Positions 48,601 to 56,803 of a stretch of 64,000 nucleotides of DNA are shown here, piece after piece. Every line of letters starts with the position of its first letter. Within the stretch, counting starts at the first letter, position 1. Origin of the DNA: Saprospiraceae bacterium (GTDB lineage: Bacteria > Bacteroidota > Bacteroidia > Chitinophagales > Saprospiraceae); contig CBDICS010000033.1 in the NCBI GenBank assembly GCA_965277415.1, forward strand, positions 628 to 64,627. The letters are read 5' to 3'. The position numbers and the translations under genes were made by a program. The notes under the pieces were generated by a model, which ran no database searches, had not been told where the DNA came from, and saw nothing but the letters and a program-made list of their open reading frames with translations.

Positions 48601-50629
48601 CAATTCGAGTGGTCTAAGTCTATCTAATAGTATTATTGAAAATGCATATAGAGGTATTTATGCTAGGCATGTTGATATAAATGATATTAGTCAAAATACT
48701 TTTACCAATGTAAATACCGGAATAGAGGTTATTAAAAATGAAGGGAATACGATACATATTGGAGGGGAAGGCAATGATAGGAATGATATCTATTGTAGAG
48801 AAGCAGGAATCCTTATCAATGAATCAAATCGTTGTGATATCAATATTACCAATAATTATATCTTTAGGGAAGCAGGTAGCACTAGCCCCATGCTTGGAAT
48901 CGGGGTTTACAATACTATCCTAGATTTGGAGAATAGTGGCAATGTAGATAATAATGGAGGGATTGCAGATATATTTAATAATCATATTGAGTTGACCAAT
49001 TTTGATTTGGTCACCATTGACAAAGGTATTGAAATCATGAACTCTGCTTTTGTCAAAGTCAAACAAAATAGTATCTGGGAAGTAGATGGCTCGGGAGCAA
49101 AACATTTTATCTCCCTACTCGGAAATTATGGACATACACAGATACGTAATAATGAAGGATTTTCTTTTTCTCCTTCTCCCTCTAATGCATTAGGGATGAA
49201 CATCGTGAATAATACCCATACGACTTATTGTTGTAATTCGTTTATTGGCATTGATCAGGGTGTTCGTTTTTCTGGCATGTCAGACGATACTCAATTTAGA
49301 GGAACGTGGTTTGGTAATATTAATACCAGAGGATTATTGCTAGAACAAGGAACAACAATAGGCGTACAGGGTAACCCAAACACAAGCGATTATCTTCCCG
49401 GAAATAAATGGTCTGCTAATGGTGGAGGGGCTGAGCATATGGGAACATTCGCTGAAATTGATCAATCATTAATCTATTATGATCAAAATATTAATGGTTC
49501 TTATCCTGTCCCAGATCCAATCCCTAATTCTGATTGGTTTGTCCCTGACCCAAATATAAATGATCCTCTTCCAACGATTGATTGTTTTGTCAATCTAGAT
49601 TGTGAAATTGATGAACTCAATATTATTGATGATGACCCTATAGATGAAGTAGATATTAAGATTGCTGACGGAACCCTCTCCTCAGGTCATTTTGGAGGAG
49701 GAGTACATTGGGAAGGGCAAAGACATTTATATAGAAAACTTGAGCAAAACAATCAACTACTTAGTCAAAATTCTATAATTCATAATTTTCATTCTATAAA
49801 TGAAACAACCTCCCTTGGTCAATTATACGAAATTGATAGAGAGGTTTCAACATTATATCACAGTAATAATTCTGTAGTACAATCTATAATGATTCAACGA
49901 CAAAGTGTCAGAACACTTCTTCATTTAATTCAAGAAAAAGATAGTTTAATTATGGTATCTCCAGAAGACACCCATACAGGAATAAAAGCAGAACAGGCGG
50001 TATTAATTAATGAATTAAGTGTACTAAATGAAGCACTTTACAATCTTTTAACTAGTTTTAATAGTGATAAACAAAGCATAGTAAATAACATTCTTAACCT
50101 AAATAATAGCATTAGTTCACAATCTATTTTTGAGCAAAACCGCTTATCTGTAAATGATATATATCTCAATACTATAGCTGGCGACATTTTCGAACTCAAT
50201 ACTACACAATTTCAATCGCTGAAAATGATTGCTGAACAATGTCCACTGAGTGGTGGGAACGCTGTCTTTCAAGCACGAGGAATATTAAAAGCAATAGGCG
50301 ATAACACCTATTATGATAATGAACTAATATGTACTCCAGCTCAACAGAAATCAGAAGTATATACTGAAAAAGAAATGATTGCTGAACAATTAGAGGTTTA
50401 CCCTAACCCTACCAAAGATATCATAACAATAGCCTTTGATGGCTCGCTTAAGTCTGATTTAGAATTTAAATTATATGATGTGTCAGGTAAACAAATACAA
50501 GTATTTACGCTAGCTAAAGGACAAAAAGAGTATACCTTAAATTTAGCAAATACGACTAAAGGGCTGTATTTTTATGAATGTAAAATGAACCGTCAAGTTT
50601 ATAAAGGAAAAATTGTACTAATGAAATGA
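45650..50629 (+). CDS. T9SS-secreted multidomain S8 (subtilisin-family) protease with Ig-like repeats, parallel beta-helix region, helical region and type-A C-terminal sorting domain
   Basis: 1659 aa with signal peptide. Triad contexts IAIVDNAV, GHGTRVAG and GTSYAAPLVSG. Three Y(M/L)W..G.T repeats. Beta-helix-like repeats. CTD YPNPTKDIITIAF...GLYFYECK...GKIVLMK. Confidence 0.9.
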   Translation: MYQHHIKSIKTSYMLFFLFLFFFPCLSYANNTSSTPPLYQAGKIYLKIKDNSSVELGLPNSNSNPAKIETLFLQYGVTKIIKPFKVYAKPKFDRIYRITFDEQNLVEDFIRGLENIAYIQYAEKVPHYVAHELVPDDPSAQNGESYQLELINAYDAFELYPGDPTDNSAGSLIAIVDNAVLVTHEDLAENYIIGRDVADNDDDPNPPTNHGLFGHGTRVAGIACARTNNGIGVASIGWNNQLMAIKSAADIGSNNGESYYDEAIDGVAWAAANGAEVINMSWGGGAPSESDYNVLVEARDLGSILVSSAGNTSNSLPNFPGSYGEGETGEVWEIFDKHLVIAVAAIDPNGDRSWFSSFGSWVDVAAYGSNIYTCSSQDNVSYIDNRIGTSYAAPLVSGLLGMMKSYAPNATNEDLINCLLYSANSDIYNPLEHPDNISGSLGSGRIDALAALLCINPNCDDPLAVIFPSSPTICPNEDITLSSNDGIGYMWSTGEATQSINISQSGNYSVTVTFNGGCTASTSIDIDPALSSPFIIMTDLSGNIIDENPICVPENGFSYHLSAFWGNSYLWNNGSTISTYNPPNGFSVVTNALAPFLLDRSVNISGVGGCDGVDEVVSIQYEFIPTPEIAFTFEETSGFENDGWVCENENASVIINAVTEEAYNPTYMWSTGETTSFIAVTPSATTSYFVTITNEFGCINEKEVEVEVFPCPDNACACTSGNNAYDFGIDDGAVHNMSELSGIPPIGIITSNCISIRGKIRFDLNLNFFENSVIYLNPGAELIVPDGEVLSFVDCTLMGCDAMWKGITVETGGRLNFRNNIIRDAQYAITAHGESTLQILGSTFDRNFVGIYVPPPTAGSPNIFVNTINQADFGSATANFSGNQYLCTGNLKAPYAGQFPEPGNITYSGLLLAYVNYFQVGFPVIGGYRKATFDGLRNGIIAYNTVLDIGGDMRNLVGENIGGNPFFPIGGGDFSHSGIGVFSVNSSGLSLSNSIIENAYRGIYARHVDINDISQNTFTNVNTGIEVIKNEGNTIHIGGEGNDRNDIYCREAGILINESNRCDINITNNYIFREAGSTSPMLGIGVYNTILDLENSGNVDNNGGIADIFNNHIELTNFDLVTIDKGIEIMNSAFVKVKQNSIWEVDGSGAKHFISLLGNYGHTQIRNNEGFSFSPSPSNALGMNIVNNTHTTYCCNSFIGIDQGVRFSGMSDDTQFRGTWFGNINTRGLLLEQGTTIGVQGNPNTSDYLPGNKWSANGGGAEHMGTFAEIDQSLIYYDQNINGSYPVPDPIPNSDWFVPDPNINDPLPTIDCFVNLDCEIDELNIIDDDPIDEVDIKIADGTLSSGHFGGGVHWEGQRHLYRKLEQNNQLLSQNSIIHNFHSINETTSLGQLYEIDREVSTLYHSNNSVVQSIMIQRQSVRTLLHLIQEKDSLIMVSPEDTHTGIKAEQAVLINELSVLNEALYNLLTSFNSDKQSIVNNILNLNNSISSQSIFEQNRLSVNDIYLNTIAGDIFELNTTQFQSLKMIAEQCPLSGGNAVFQARGILKAIGDNTYYDNELICTPAQQKSEVYTEKEMIAEQLEVYPNPTKDIITIAFDGSLKSDLEFKLYDVSGKQIQVFTLAKGQKEYTLNLANTTKGLYFYECKMNRQVYKGKIVLMK

Positions 50630-52158
50630 TACTTCTTTTAAAAAGAAATACATTTATATTACTCGTGTTGTTGTGTATTGGAACTTCCAATGCACAACGG
50701 CACGATAATGTTTGGTTGTTTGGATACAGTAGTAGTCCTGATTCTACTTTTGGTGGCAGCGTATTGGAATTCAATGAAGATACAATCAATAGTTATTATC
50801 AGGATAGAGATATGAATTTTAGCCAAACAAATACCAGTATGAGTGATACTTCCGGTAATTTACTATTTTATACTAATGGAATATACATTGCTAATACCGA
50901 ACATGATACCATGCAAAATGGTGACGGAATCAATCCAGGAGAATATGCAGATGACCATGCTTATTATGGTTATATATTAAGTCAAGGAACTTTAGCTATT
51001 CCAAAGCCAGAAAGCGAAAACCTCTATTATTTATTCCATACTTCTTTAGACTACCCCAATAACCAAATTAGTTTTCATAGCCCTTTATTCTATTACTCTC
51101 TAATAGATATGAGTCTAGATAATGGTTTAGGCGCAGTCATTCAAAAAAACCAAATCATCATTGATGATATTTTAACGCTAGGAAGAGTCACTGCCACCAA
51201 ACATGCTAACGGACGAGACTGGTGGATATTGCTTAGAAAATATGCTGCCAACAAATATTACAGAATTTTGGTAACGCCTGACGGAGTTGTTAATCACGGT
51301 ATACAAGAAATTGGAGTTCCTTTTAGCGACGGAGTTGGGCAAGCTGTTTTTTCTCCTAATGGTAGAAAATATGTAGTGTATAATGGCAATTTCATTGATG
51401 AAGGCGGACTGCTTAACATTTACGACTTTGACAGATGTTCCGGAGACTTAAGCAATCCTATACAAACCTCAATGGTGGATTCAGCTTATTCTCTAGGAGC
51501 TGCTGTCTCTCCCAATTCCAGATACTTATATCTTTCTTCTTATAATTATATCTATCAATACGATCTAGAAGCTGATGATGTCCTCGCATCCAAAGACACG
51601 GTCGCAATTTATGATGGGTATGAAGTTGAAATAACGCCAACGATTGGTGCTCCTACACGGTTCAAATATATGCAATTAGCTCCTGATGGCAAGATTTATA
51701 TCAATATTCCTGGTGCAGTGAATGTTCTACATGTTATCAATCAGCCCAATGAAGCAGGAGATGCTTGTGAGGTAGCACAGCATAGTATCCCCCTACCGAC
51801 TTTCAATGCGCACTCTTTGCCTCATTTTCCAAACTACCGACTTGGGGCAGATACAGAGAGTCTTTGTGATACCATTACTTCAGTTGAAGCCCCTACTACT
51901 ACACACAAGCATAATAGCATTAAGATATTTCCGAATCCTACAAATGAAGTCCTCAATTTAGACTTTGATCAAATAATAGATTCAGACTTTGTTTTTGAAA
52001 TTTACGATGTGTCTGGAAAATTGATGACTAGTTTTGAGCTAGCCCAAGGACTAAGACAATACTCCATCCGCCTATCAGATTTACAGGAAGGGATTTATTT
52101 TTATGCGTGTAAGCTCGGTAATCAATCCTTTAATGGAAAAATTGTATTGATGAAATGA
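50626..52158 (+). CDS. T9SS-secreted beta-propeller-like protein with type-A C-terminal sorting domain
   Basis: 510 aa. Its ATG overlaps the upstream TGA (ATGA at 50626-50629). Signal with SNA|QR. Motifs LLFYTNG, HANGRDWWIL and LAPDGKIYI. CTD FPNPTNEVLNLDF...GIYFYACK...GKIVLMK. Confidence 0.85.
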   Translation: MILLLKRNTFILLVLLCIGTSNAQRHDNVWLFGYSSSPDSTFGGSVLEFNEDTINSYYQDRDMNFSQTNTSMSDTSGNLLFYTNGIYIANTEHDTMQNGDGINPGEYADDHAYYGYILSQGTLAIPKPESENLYYLFHTSLDYPNNQISFHSPLFYYSLIDMSLDNGLGAVIQKNQIIIDDILTLGRVTATKHANGRDWWILLRKYAANKYYRILVTPDGVVNHGIQEIGVPFSDGVGQAVFSPNGRKYVVYNGNFIDEGGLLNIYDFDRCSGDLSNPIQTSMVDSAYSLGAAVSPNSRYLYLSSYNYIYQYDLEADDVLASKDTVAIYDGYEVEITPTIGAPTRFKYMQLAPDGKIYINIPGAVNVLHVINQPNEAGDACEVAQHSIPLPTFNAHSLPHFPNYRLGADTESLCDTITSVEAPTTTHKHNSIKIFPNPTNEVLNLDFDQIIDSDFVFEIYDVSGKLMTSFELAQGLRQYSIRLSDLQEGIYFYACKLGNQSFNGKIVLMK

Positions 52159-52168
52159 TGTTCTTGAG

Positions 52169-54877
52169 TTAAAAGCTCCCCTCCTCCTCTTCCCACATCA
52201 ATTCGTCTTCCTCCCCTCCTTCTCCGCCTACTTCAAAATCGAGGAATTCATCCTCTCCTCCTTCTCCATCTTGATATTCTGGAATATTATCATCATCATT
52301 CCAATCACTAGGTTCGTCATAAAGGTCTATTTTATTACCAAAGGCTTTTTTCAATCCAGCCTGAATATCCCGCTTACGGCTTTCACTTAAAGTGAATTTT
52401 TTCTTTACGTATCTTTTATCATTCTTAATGTCATAATCCACAACGTCTCCAAAAATTCTATAGTAAATATTAAACCAGCCTTTTTTCTTTGAAGGCTGAG
52501 GAGGTCGATTAGGATTGTACTTTTTAAACTTTGAAAAAAGAACCTGGCCGCCATTGACCTTTATACCATAGTCAATCTTATTATCAAAACCATGCTCTCC
52601 GCTGATGGTCATATTCAAAGCATTCGATTGGATAAACATGGCTGGAATGTATATCTTCTCATCTCTGATCTCTAGCCAATTTCGCATATTGGTAAATTTG
52701 ATCCGCCGAAGGTCTTTTATTTTTATAAAATCGGCAAAGTCATAGAGCATTTTAAAGTCCTCTAATTCACCATCTTTAATTGCTAAGTCTCCTAGCACCC
52801 TGAGTTTTTTGCTTTCATAATTTCCTTCTTCATCCCAATAAGCATCTACTACTAATTTCGCATCCATTTTACCTTTTAAGTGCTTATGCTCCACGACATG
52901 TTGTCCAAAGTTTTCTCCTTGTCTGAAAAATTCTTTGACATTTACCTGATCTGCGATCAGCATTGCTTTCAAATATGGTTTCTCCTCAAAAAATGCATGG
53001 CCATCAATATTAAATGTCCCTTCCATTGCTTCTGTACTTCCCTTAATAACCAATTCATTATTATCAAAATTGAATGTTCCATCAAAATCTACGCCTTCAA
53101 TTTCTTTATAATTAAAGGCTTCAATATTCGTTTTGAAAGTCCCTTTTAAAAAATTGGTGTAAAATTTCCACTTTTGGGTATGTGCGACTTGAATAGAATC
53201 AAAGACCGCTTTGGTTACTTGTCCTTCTTTCACCGGAATCTCTGTGAGTTCGATCAATTGATCAAAATCAATTTTAGGTGCATCCAATGTTGCATCAAAT
53301 CGCAATTCTGCTTTTTGAGAATTGATCGAATCGGCAAAGAGTACCGGAATAAAATTCAAAAACTTCCCCTCTAGATTAATTTCTGTATCTGGTCCTTCTA
53401 TCTTCACATTTTCGAGCATCAAGCTGTTGTCTCTAATCACCAAAGCACCTTTATCAATGACAACTTCCTCTCCATTGATTGTCAATCCTGCATCATCAAA
53501 CTCAATGGAACCAGATGTCTTGACACGGCCTATCCTTGAGTTACGAATCATATCCTTATAACGACCTTTGAGTTTAAGGTCTCGGATTTCGATTTTTCCA
53601 GAACCATCTGTGATTGCCGCTTGATTAAATAAACCATACACCGCAGCTAAAGGTAAATTGCCATCTAATGAAAAATCTATTTGCGGGCTATCAAAATTGA
53701 CGACCTTGAGCTTGGATGAAATCTGATTTCTATTAAAATAACCTTGGAAATCAGAAATCTCAAACACTGAACTTTTATTAAGCCTTGCCAAACCATTCGT
53801 GAACTTAGCAGTAAAAGTCACATCTTTCAAACCACTTCCTAGTTTCTTGCTACTAATACTACCGTCAACCAAGCCAAATTTGGCATTAATCGCAGGACTT
53901 TCTTTGCTATTGAGTTTCCCTTTGATAGTTGTTAAGAATGAGAATGCTCCTTTACTTTTAAATCCTTTGAGGTAAGATTGGTATTCTTCAGGCAAGAAAC
54001 CAACAACAGATTCAATATTTCCATCTTCCCCTTTGATCTTCAAGTCGAAATTAGATTCTGGTCCTTTGGATTCAATGAATCCTGTCAACTTAAAATGGTT
54101 AGAGGCTATACCAAGTTCTACATTCTTTAACTCATATCGGCCTTTTTCAAGATCTATATCAAGGTCAGCATCATAAATCAGTCGTTCTCCAACCAAATAT
54201 CTTTGATTTTTTATATCTATGAACCTAGATTTTATTTCTGCAAAGCTCGAAAGGGTAAACTGACTAGCTGAAAACTCTCCTGAGACCACTGCATTATCTA
54301 ATAATGCAACAATCTCTTGTTTTGATTTTTTATCTATATAAATTAATTCAACATCTCTAAATTTAGCCTCCTCAATAGATATCCCCAGGTTACTTGGCGT
54401 AGATGCTGCCGCCTTTTTTGTTTCTCCTTTTTTGAGAATATTATAATTCACTCGACCTTTTCGATCTCGTTTTACATATAAAGCCCCATCGCTAATGGTA
54501 ACGGACTTCACTTTTATATTAGAACCAAACAGGCTAAAAAAACCAATTTCAAAAGAAATCTCCTTTGCTTCTATTAGATTTCCTTTCATATTGTCTTTTA
54601 ATGAAACATCCCCTAGGTTTGCAGAAACATTTGGAAATCCAGAAAGCAATGAAAGGTTAAAGTCCTCAACGATTAATTCAGTCTTGATCGACTTATTAAT
54701 TTCAGAAATAAGTTTTTCACCAATTTCATCTTCAAAAAAGGCAGCAATAATGACAGACGTCAGGAATAATAAGCCAAAAGCGACACTTGCGGAGACTATA
54801 ATTTTTTTAAGGAAACGCTTCTTACGAGGCTTTTTTTCCTTAGGTGGATCTACATAGATGATATAGGGTTCTTCCAT
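52169..54877 (-). CDS. AsmA-family protein
   Basis: 902 aa. N-terminal TM anchor, long beta-rich body, acidic C-terminal tail. Confidence 0.75.
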   Translation of the reverse strand: MEEPYIIYVDPPKEKKPRKKRFLKKIIVSASVAFGLLFLTSVIIAAFFEDEIGEKLISEINKSIKTELIVEDFNLSLLSGFPNVSANLGDVSLKDNMKGNLIEAKEISFEIGFFSLFGSNIKVKSVTISDGALYVKRDRKGRVNYNILKKGETKKAAASTPSNLGISIEEAKFRDVELIYIDKKSKQEIVALLDNAVVSGEFSASQFTLSSFAEIKSRFIDIKNQRYLVGERLIYDADLDIDLEKGRYELKNVELGIASNHFKLTGFIESKGPESNFDLKIKGEDGNIESVVGFLPEEYQSYLKGFKSKGAFSFLTTIKGKLNSKESPAINAKFGLVDGSISSKKLGSGLKDVTFTAKFTNGLARLNKSSVFEISDFQGYFNRNQISSKLKVVNFDSPQIDFSLDGNLPLAAVYGLFNQAAITDGSGKIEIRDLKLKGRYKDMIRNSRIGRVKTSGSIEFDDAGLTINGEEVVIDKGALVIRDNSLMLENVKIEGPDTEINLEGKFLNFIPVLFADSINSQKAELRFDATLDAPKIDFDQLIELTEIPVKEGQVTKAVFDSIQVAHTQKWKFYTNFLKGTFKTNIEAFNYKEIEGVDFDGTFNFDNNELVIKGSTEAMEGTFNIDGHAFFEEKPYLKAMLIADQVNVKEFFRQGENFGQHVVEHKHLKGKMDAKLVVDAYWDEEGNYESKKLRVLGDLAIKDGELEDFKMLYDFADFIKIKDLRRIKFTNMRNWLEIRDEKIYIPAMFIQSNALNMTISGEHGFDNKIDYGIKVNGGQVLFSKFKKYNPNRPPQPSKKKGWFNIYYRIFGDVVDYDIKNDKRYVKKKFTLSESRKRDIQAGLKKAFGNKIDLYDEPSDWNDDDNIPEYQDGEGGEDEFLDFEVGGEGGEEDELMWEEEEGSF

Positions 54878-55027
54878 ATTGGGGGTATACGTAAAATTGG
54901 TATTAAATTATGCAAATTCTAACGAAAAAAAATAATTAGATATTTTTTAAAAAAAGTTAATTTAAACTTGATTACAATCAAGAGGAATTATATCTTTGCA
55001 ACCGCTTCTGAAAGAGAAGCTATTTTA

Positions 55028-55102
55028 GGGCGATTAGCTCAGTTGGTTCAGAGCACCTCGTTTACACCGAGGGGGTCGGGAGTTCGAATCTCTCATCGCC
55101 CA
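55028..55102 (+). tRNA. tRNA-Val (anticodon TAC)
   Basis: Folded by hand. Acceptor GGGCGAT/ATCGCCC, D stem GCTC/GAGC, anticodon stem CCTCG/CGAGG with loop TTTACAC, T arm GGGAG-TTCGAAT-CTCTC, discriminator A. 75 nt, CCA not encoded. Confidence 0.9.
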
Positions 55103-55112
55103 CTTTCTTTTA

Positions 55113-55146
55113 AAAAGTCTTTGTACATTAGTGCAAAGACTTTTTT
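55113..55146 (+). terminator. rho-independent terminator after tRNA-Val
   Basis: AAAAGTCTTTG-tacattagtg-CAAAGACTTTT followed by further T residues. Confidence 0.7.
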
Positions 55147-55216
55147 GATTTTTGATGTATCCTATACTTTGAAATTTATTTCTTGACCATTGTTTAGTGT
55201 AAGTAATTGGCCTAAA

Positions 55217-56608
55217 TCACCCTCCATTTCTCATTTCTTCAACCTCTTCCACTGTTTTTGGAATATGGTCTCCCAATATTTTGTGCCCGTCCTCAGTAAT
55301 CAAGACATTGTCTTCAATCCGTATACCACTAAAATCTTTGTATTGTAATATTTTGTCAAAATTTAAAAAATCACTGTGACGGCCTTCTGCCTTCCATTGA
55401 TCAATCAACTCTGGAATAAAATAAATTCCGGGTTCCACCGTAAGCACAAAACCGGACTCAAGGTTGCGACCTAATCGTAAATATTTAGTGCCGAATTGAT
55501 CTATACGCTTGATCTTTTCATCATAGCCCACATAATCCTCACCAAAATCTTCCATATCATGAACATCTAAACCAATCATATGTCCTAAACCATGTGGAAA
55601 AAATAAAGCATGCGCACCTGCCTGAACAGCCTCTTCTACATTGCCTTTCATCAAACCTAAAGCTTTCAAGCCTTCAGTAATAATAGATGCAGCTTGTAAA
55701 TGTACCTGTTGATAGGTCAATCCCGGTCGAAGGCCTGCAATACAATCTTGTTCAGCTTTCAAAACAATATTATAAATCTCTTTTTGTCGATCTGTAAAAG
55801 TCTTGTCTACTGGGAAAGTTCGAGTAATATCTCCAGCATAGTGCATCGATGTTTCTGCACCAAAATCACCCAGCACCAATTGTCCACTTTCCAAAACATT
55901 ATGATAATGATGATTATGTAAAGTTTGTCCATTGACAGTTATGATCGCCGGATAAGAAAGGTGGCCACCATTTGCAATCGCAATATCTGTTACTGCTCCG
56001 ACTAAATCCTGTTCCTTTAATCCAGCTTTAGCTATTTTCATTGCAGCCATATGCATTGCCCTGGAAGTATTCACTGCCTTTTCCATTTCAACGATTTCTT
56101 CAGTCGATTTTATCGCTCTTTGCGCAATCACTGCTTTAATCAAATTAATGGATGCATGTTGGGGTACTGCCTCATAATTCAGATCAAAATACCTAGCTAG
56201 TTTAGCTTGATTTACTGCTCGATAAGGAGGCAAAAAATGGATAGTCTTTCGCTGTGCCTGTGCAGCATGTAATATTTTTTCAACCTTATTATAAGGCATG
56301 GTTTCCTTTATCCCCACCATAACTGCCAAATCATGAACAGATGTTTGTGGTCCTGTCCAAACGATATCATCCATCGTCAATTCATTTCCAAAAATGATTT
56401 CTTTGTCTTCCTCAACATCAATTATTCCAGCCAAATTTGGTTGATCCATTCCAAAGTAATATAAGAAAGAACTGTCCTGCCGAAAGTGATAAATATTATC
56501 CTTATAATTCATTGGACTATCTTCATTCCCAAGGAAAAGGATGACTCCTGAACCTAATTTTTCTTTGAGGGCCTCTCGTCTAAGTTGGTATGTTTTCGTT
56601 TTAAACAT
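55217..56608 (-). CDS. Xaa-Pro aminopeptidase (M24B, aminopeptidase P family)
   Basis: 463 aa with the metal-site context HGLGHMIGLDVHD and a C-terminal pita-bread fold pattern. Confidence 0.85.
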   Translation of the reverse strand: MFKTKTYQLRREALKEKLGSGVILFLGNEDSPMNYKDNIYHFRQDSSFLYYFGMDQPNLAGIIDVEEDKEIIFGNELTMDDIVWTGPQTSVHDLAVMVGIKETMPYNKVEKILHAAQAQRKTIHFLPPYRAVNQAKLARYFDLNYEAVPQHASINLIKAVIAQRAIKSTEEIVEMEKAVNTSRAMHMAAMKIAKAGLKEQDLVGAVTDIAIANGGHLSYPAIITVNGQTLHNHHYHNVLESGQLVLGDFGAETSMHYAGDITRTFPVDKTFTDRQKEIYNIVLKAEQDCIAGLRPGLTYQQVHLQAASIITEGLKALGLMKGNVEEAVQAGAHALFFPHGLGHMIGLDVHDMEDFGEDYVGYDEKIKRIDQFGTKYLRLGRNLESGFVLTVEPGIYFIPELIDQWKAEGRHSDFLNFDKILQYKDFSGIRIEDNVLITEDGHKILGDHIPKTVEEVEEMRNGG

Positions 56609-56634
56609 TCTTTTTTATTTGGTTTATTAGTTAT

Positions 56635-56703
56635 AAACGAAATCCTTTGGTAGAGGTTTACTAAACTTACTGAGTTACTTCGTCTTGCTTAGTTTAGTAA
56701 ACC
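56635..56703 (+). repeat. long-hairpin intergenic repeat, copy A
   Basis: aaacgaaatcctttggtagaGGTTTACTAAACT...AGTTTAGTAAACC. The first 32 nt match copy B at 30/32. The arms are conserved and the loops differ. Confidence 0.8.
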
Positions 56704-56803
56704 TTTTCTTCCTTAATTTTTTTCGACCAAACGAAATCATCTAGTTCCGATTTATTTAAGTCTCTTAATTATTCTTCATATTTTAGGTAAAATACACAAT
56801 TTT

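Noticed and set aside
52169-55102. The idea that the 42.6-52.2 kb block is a tRNA-associated genomic island using tRNA-Val.
   Set aside because: No integrase, no direct repeat of the tRNA 3' end, and no mobility genes were seen. A housekeeping AsmA-like gene also separates the block from the tRNA.
54968-55186. A 72-aa plus-strand ORF.
   Set aside because: It is entirely explained by tRNA-Val (55028..55102) and its terminator.
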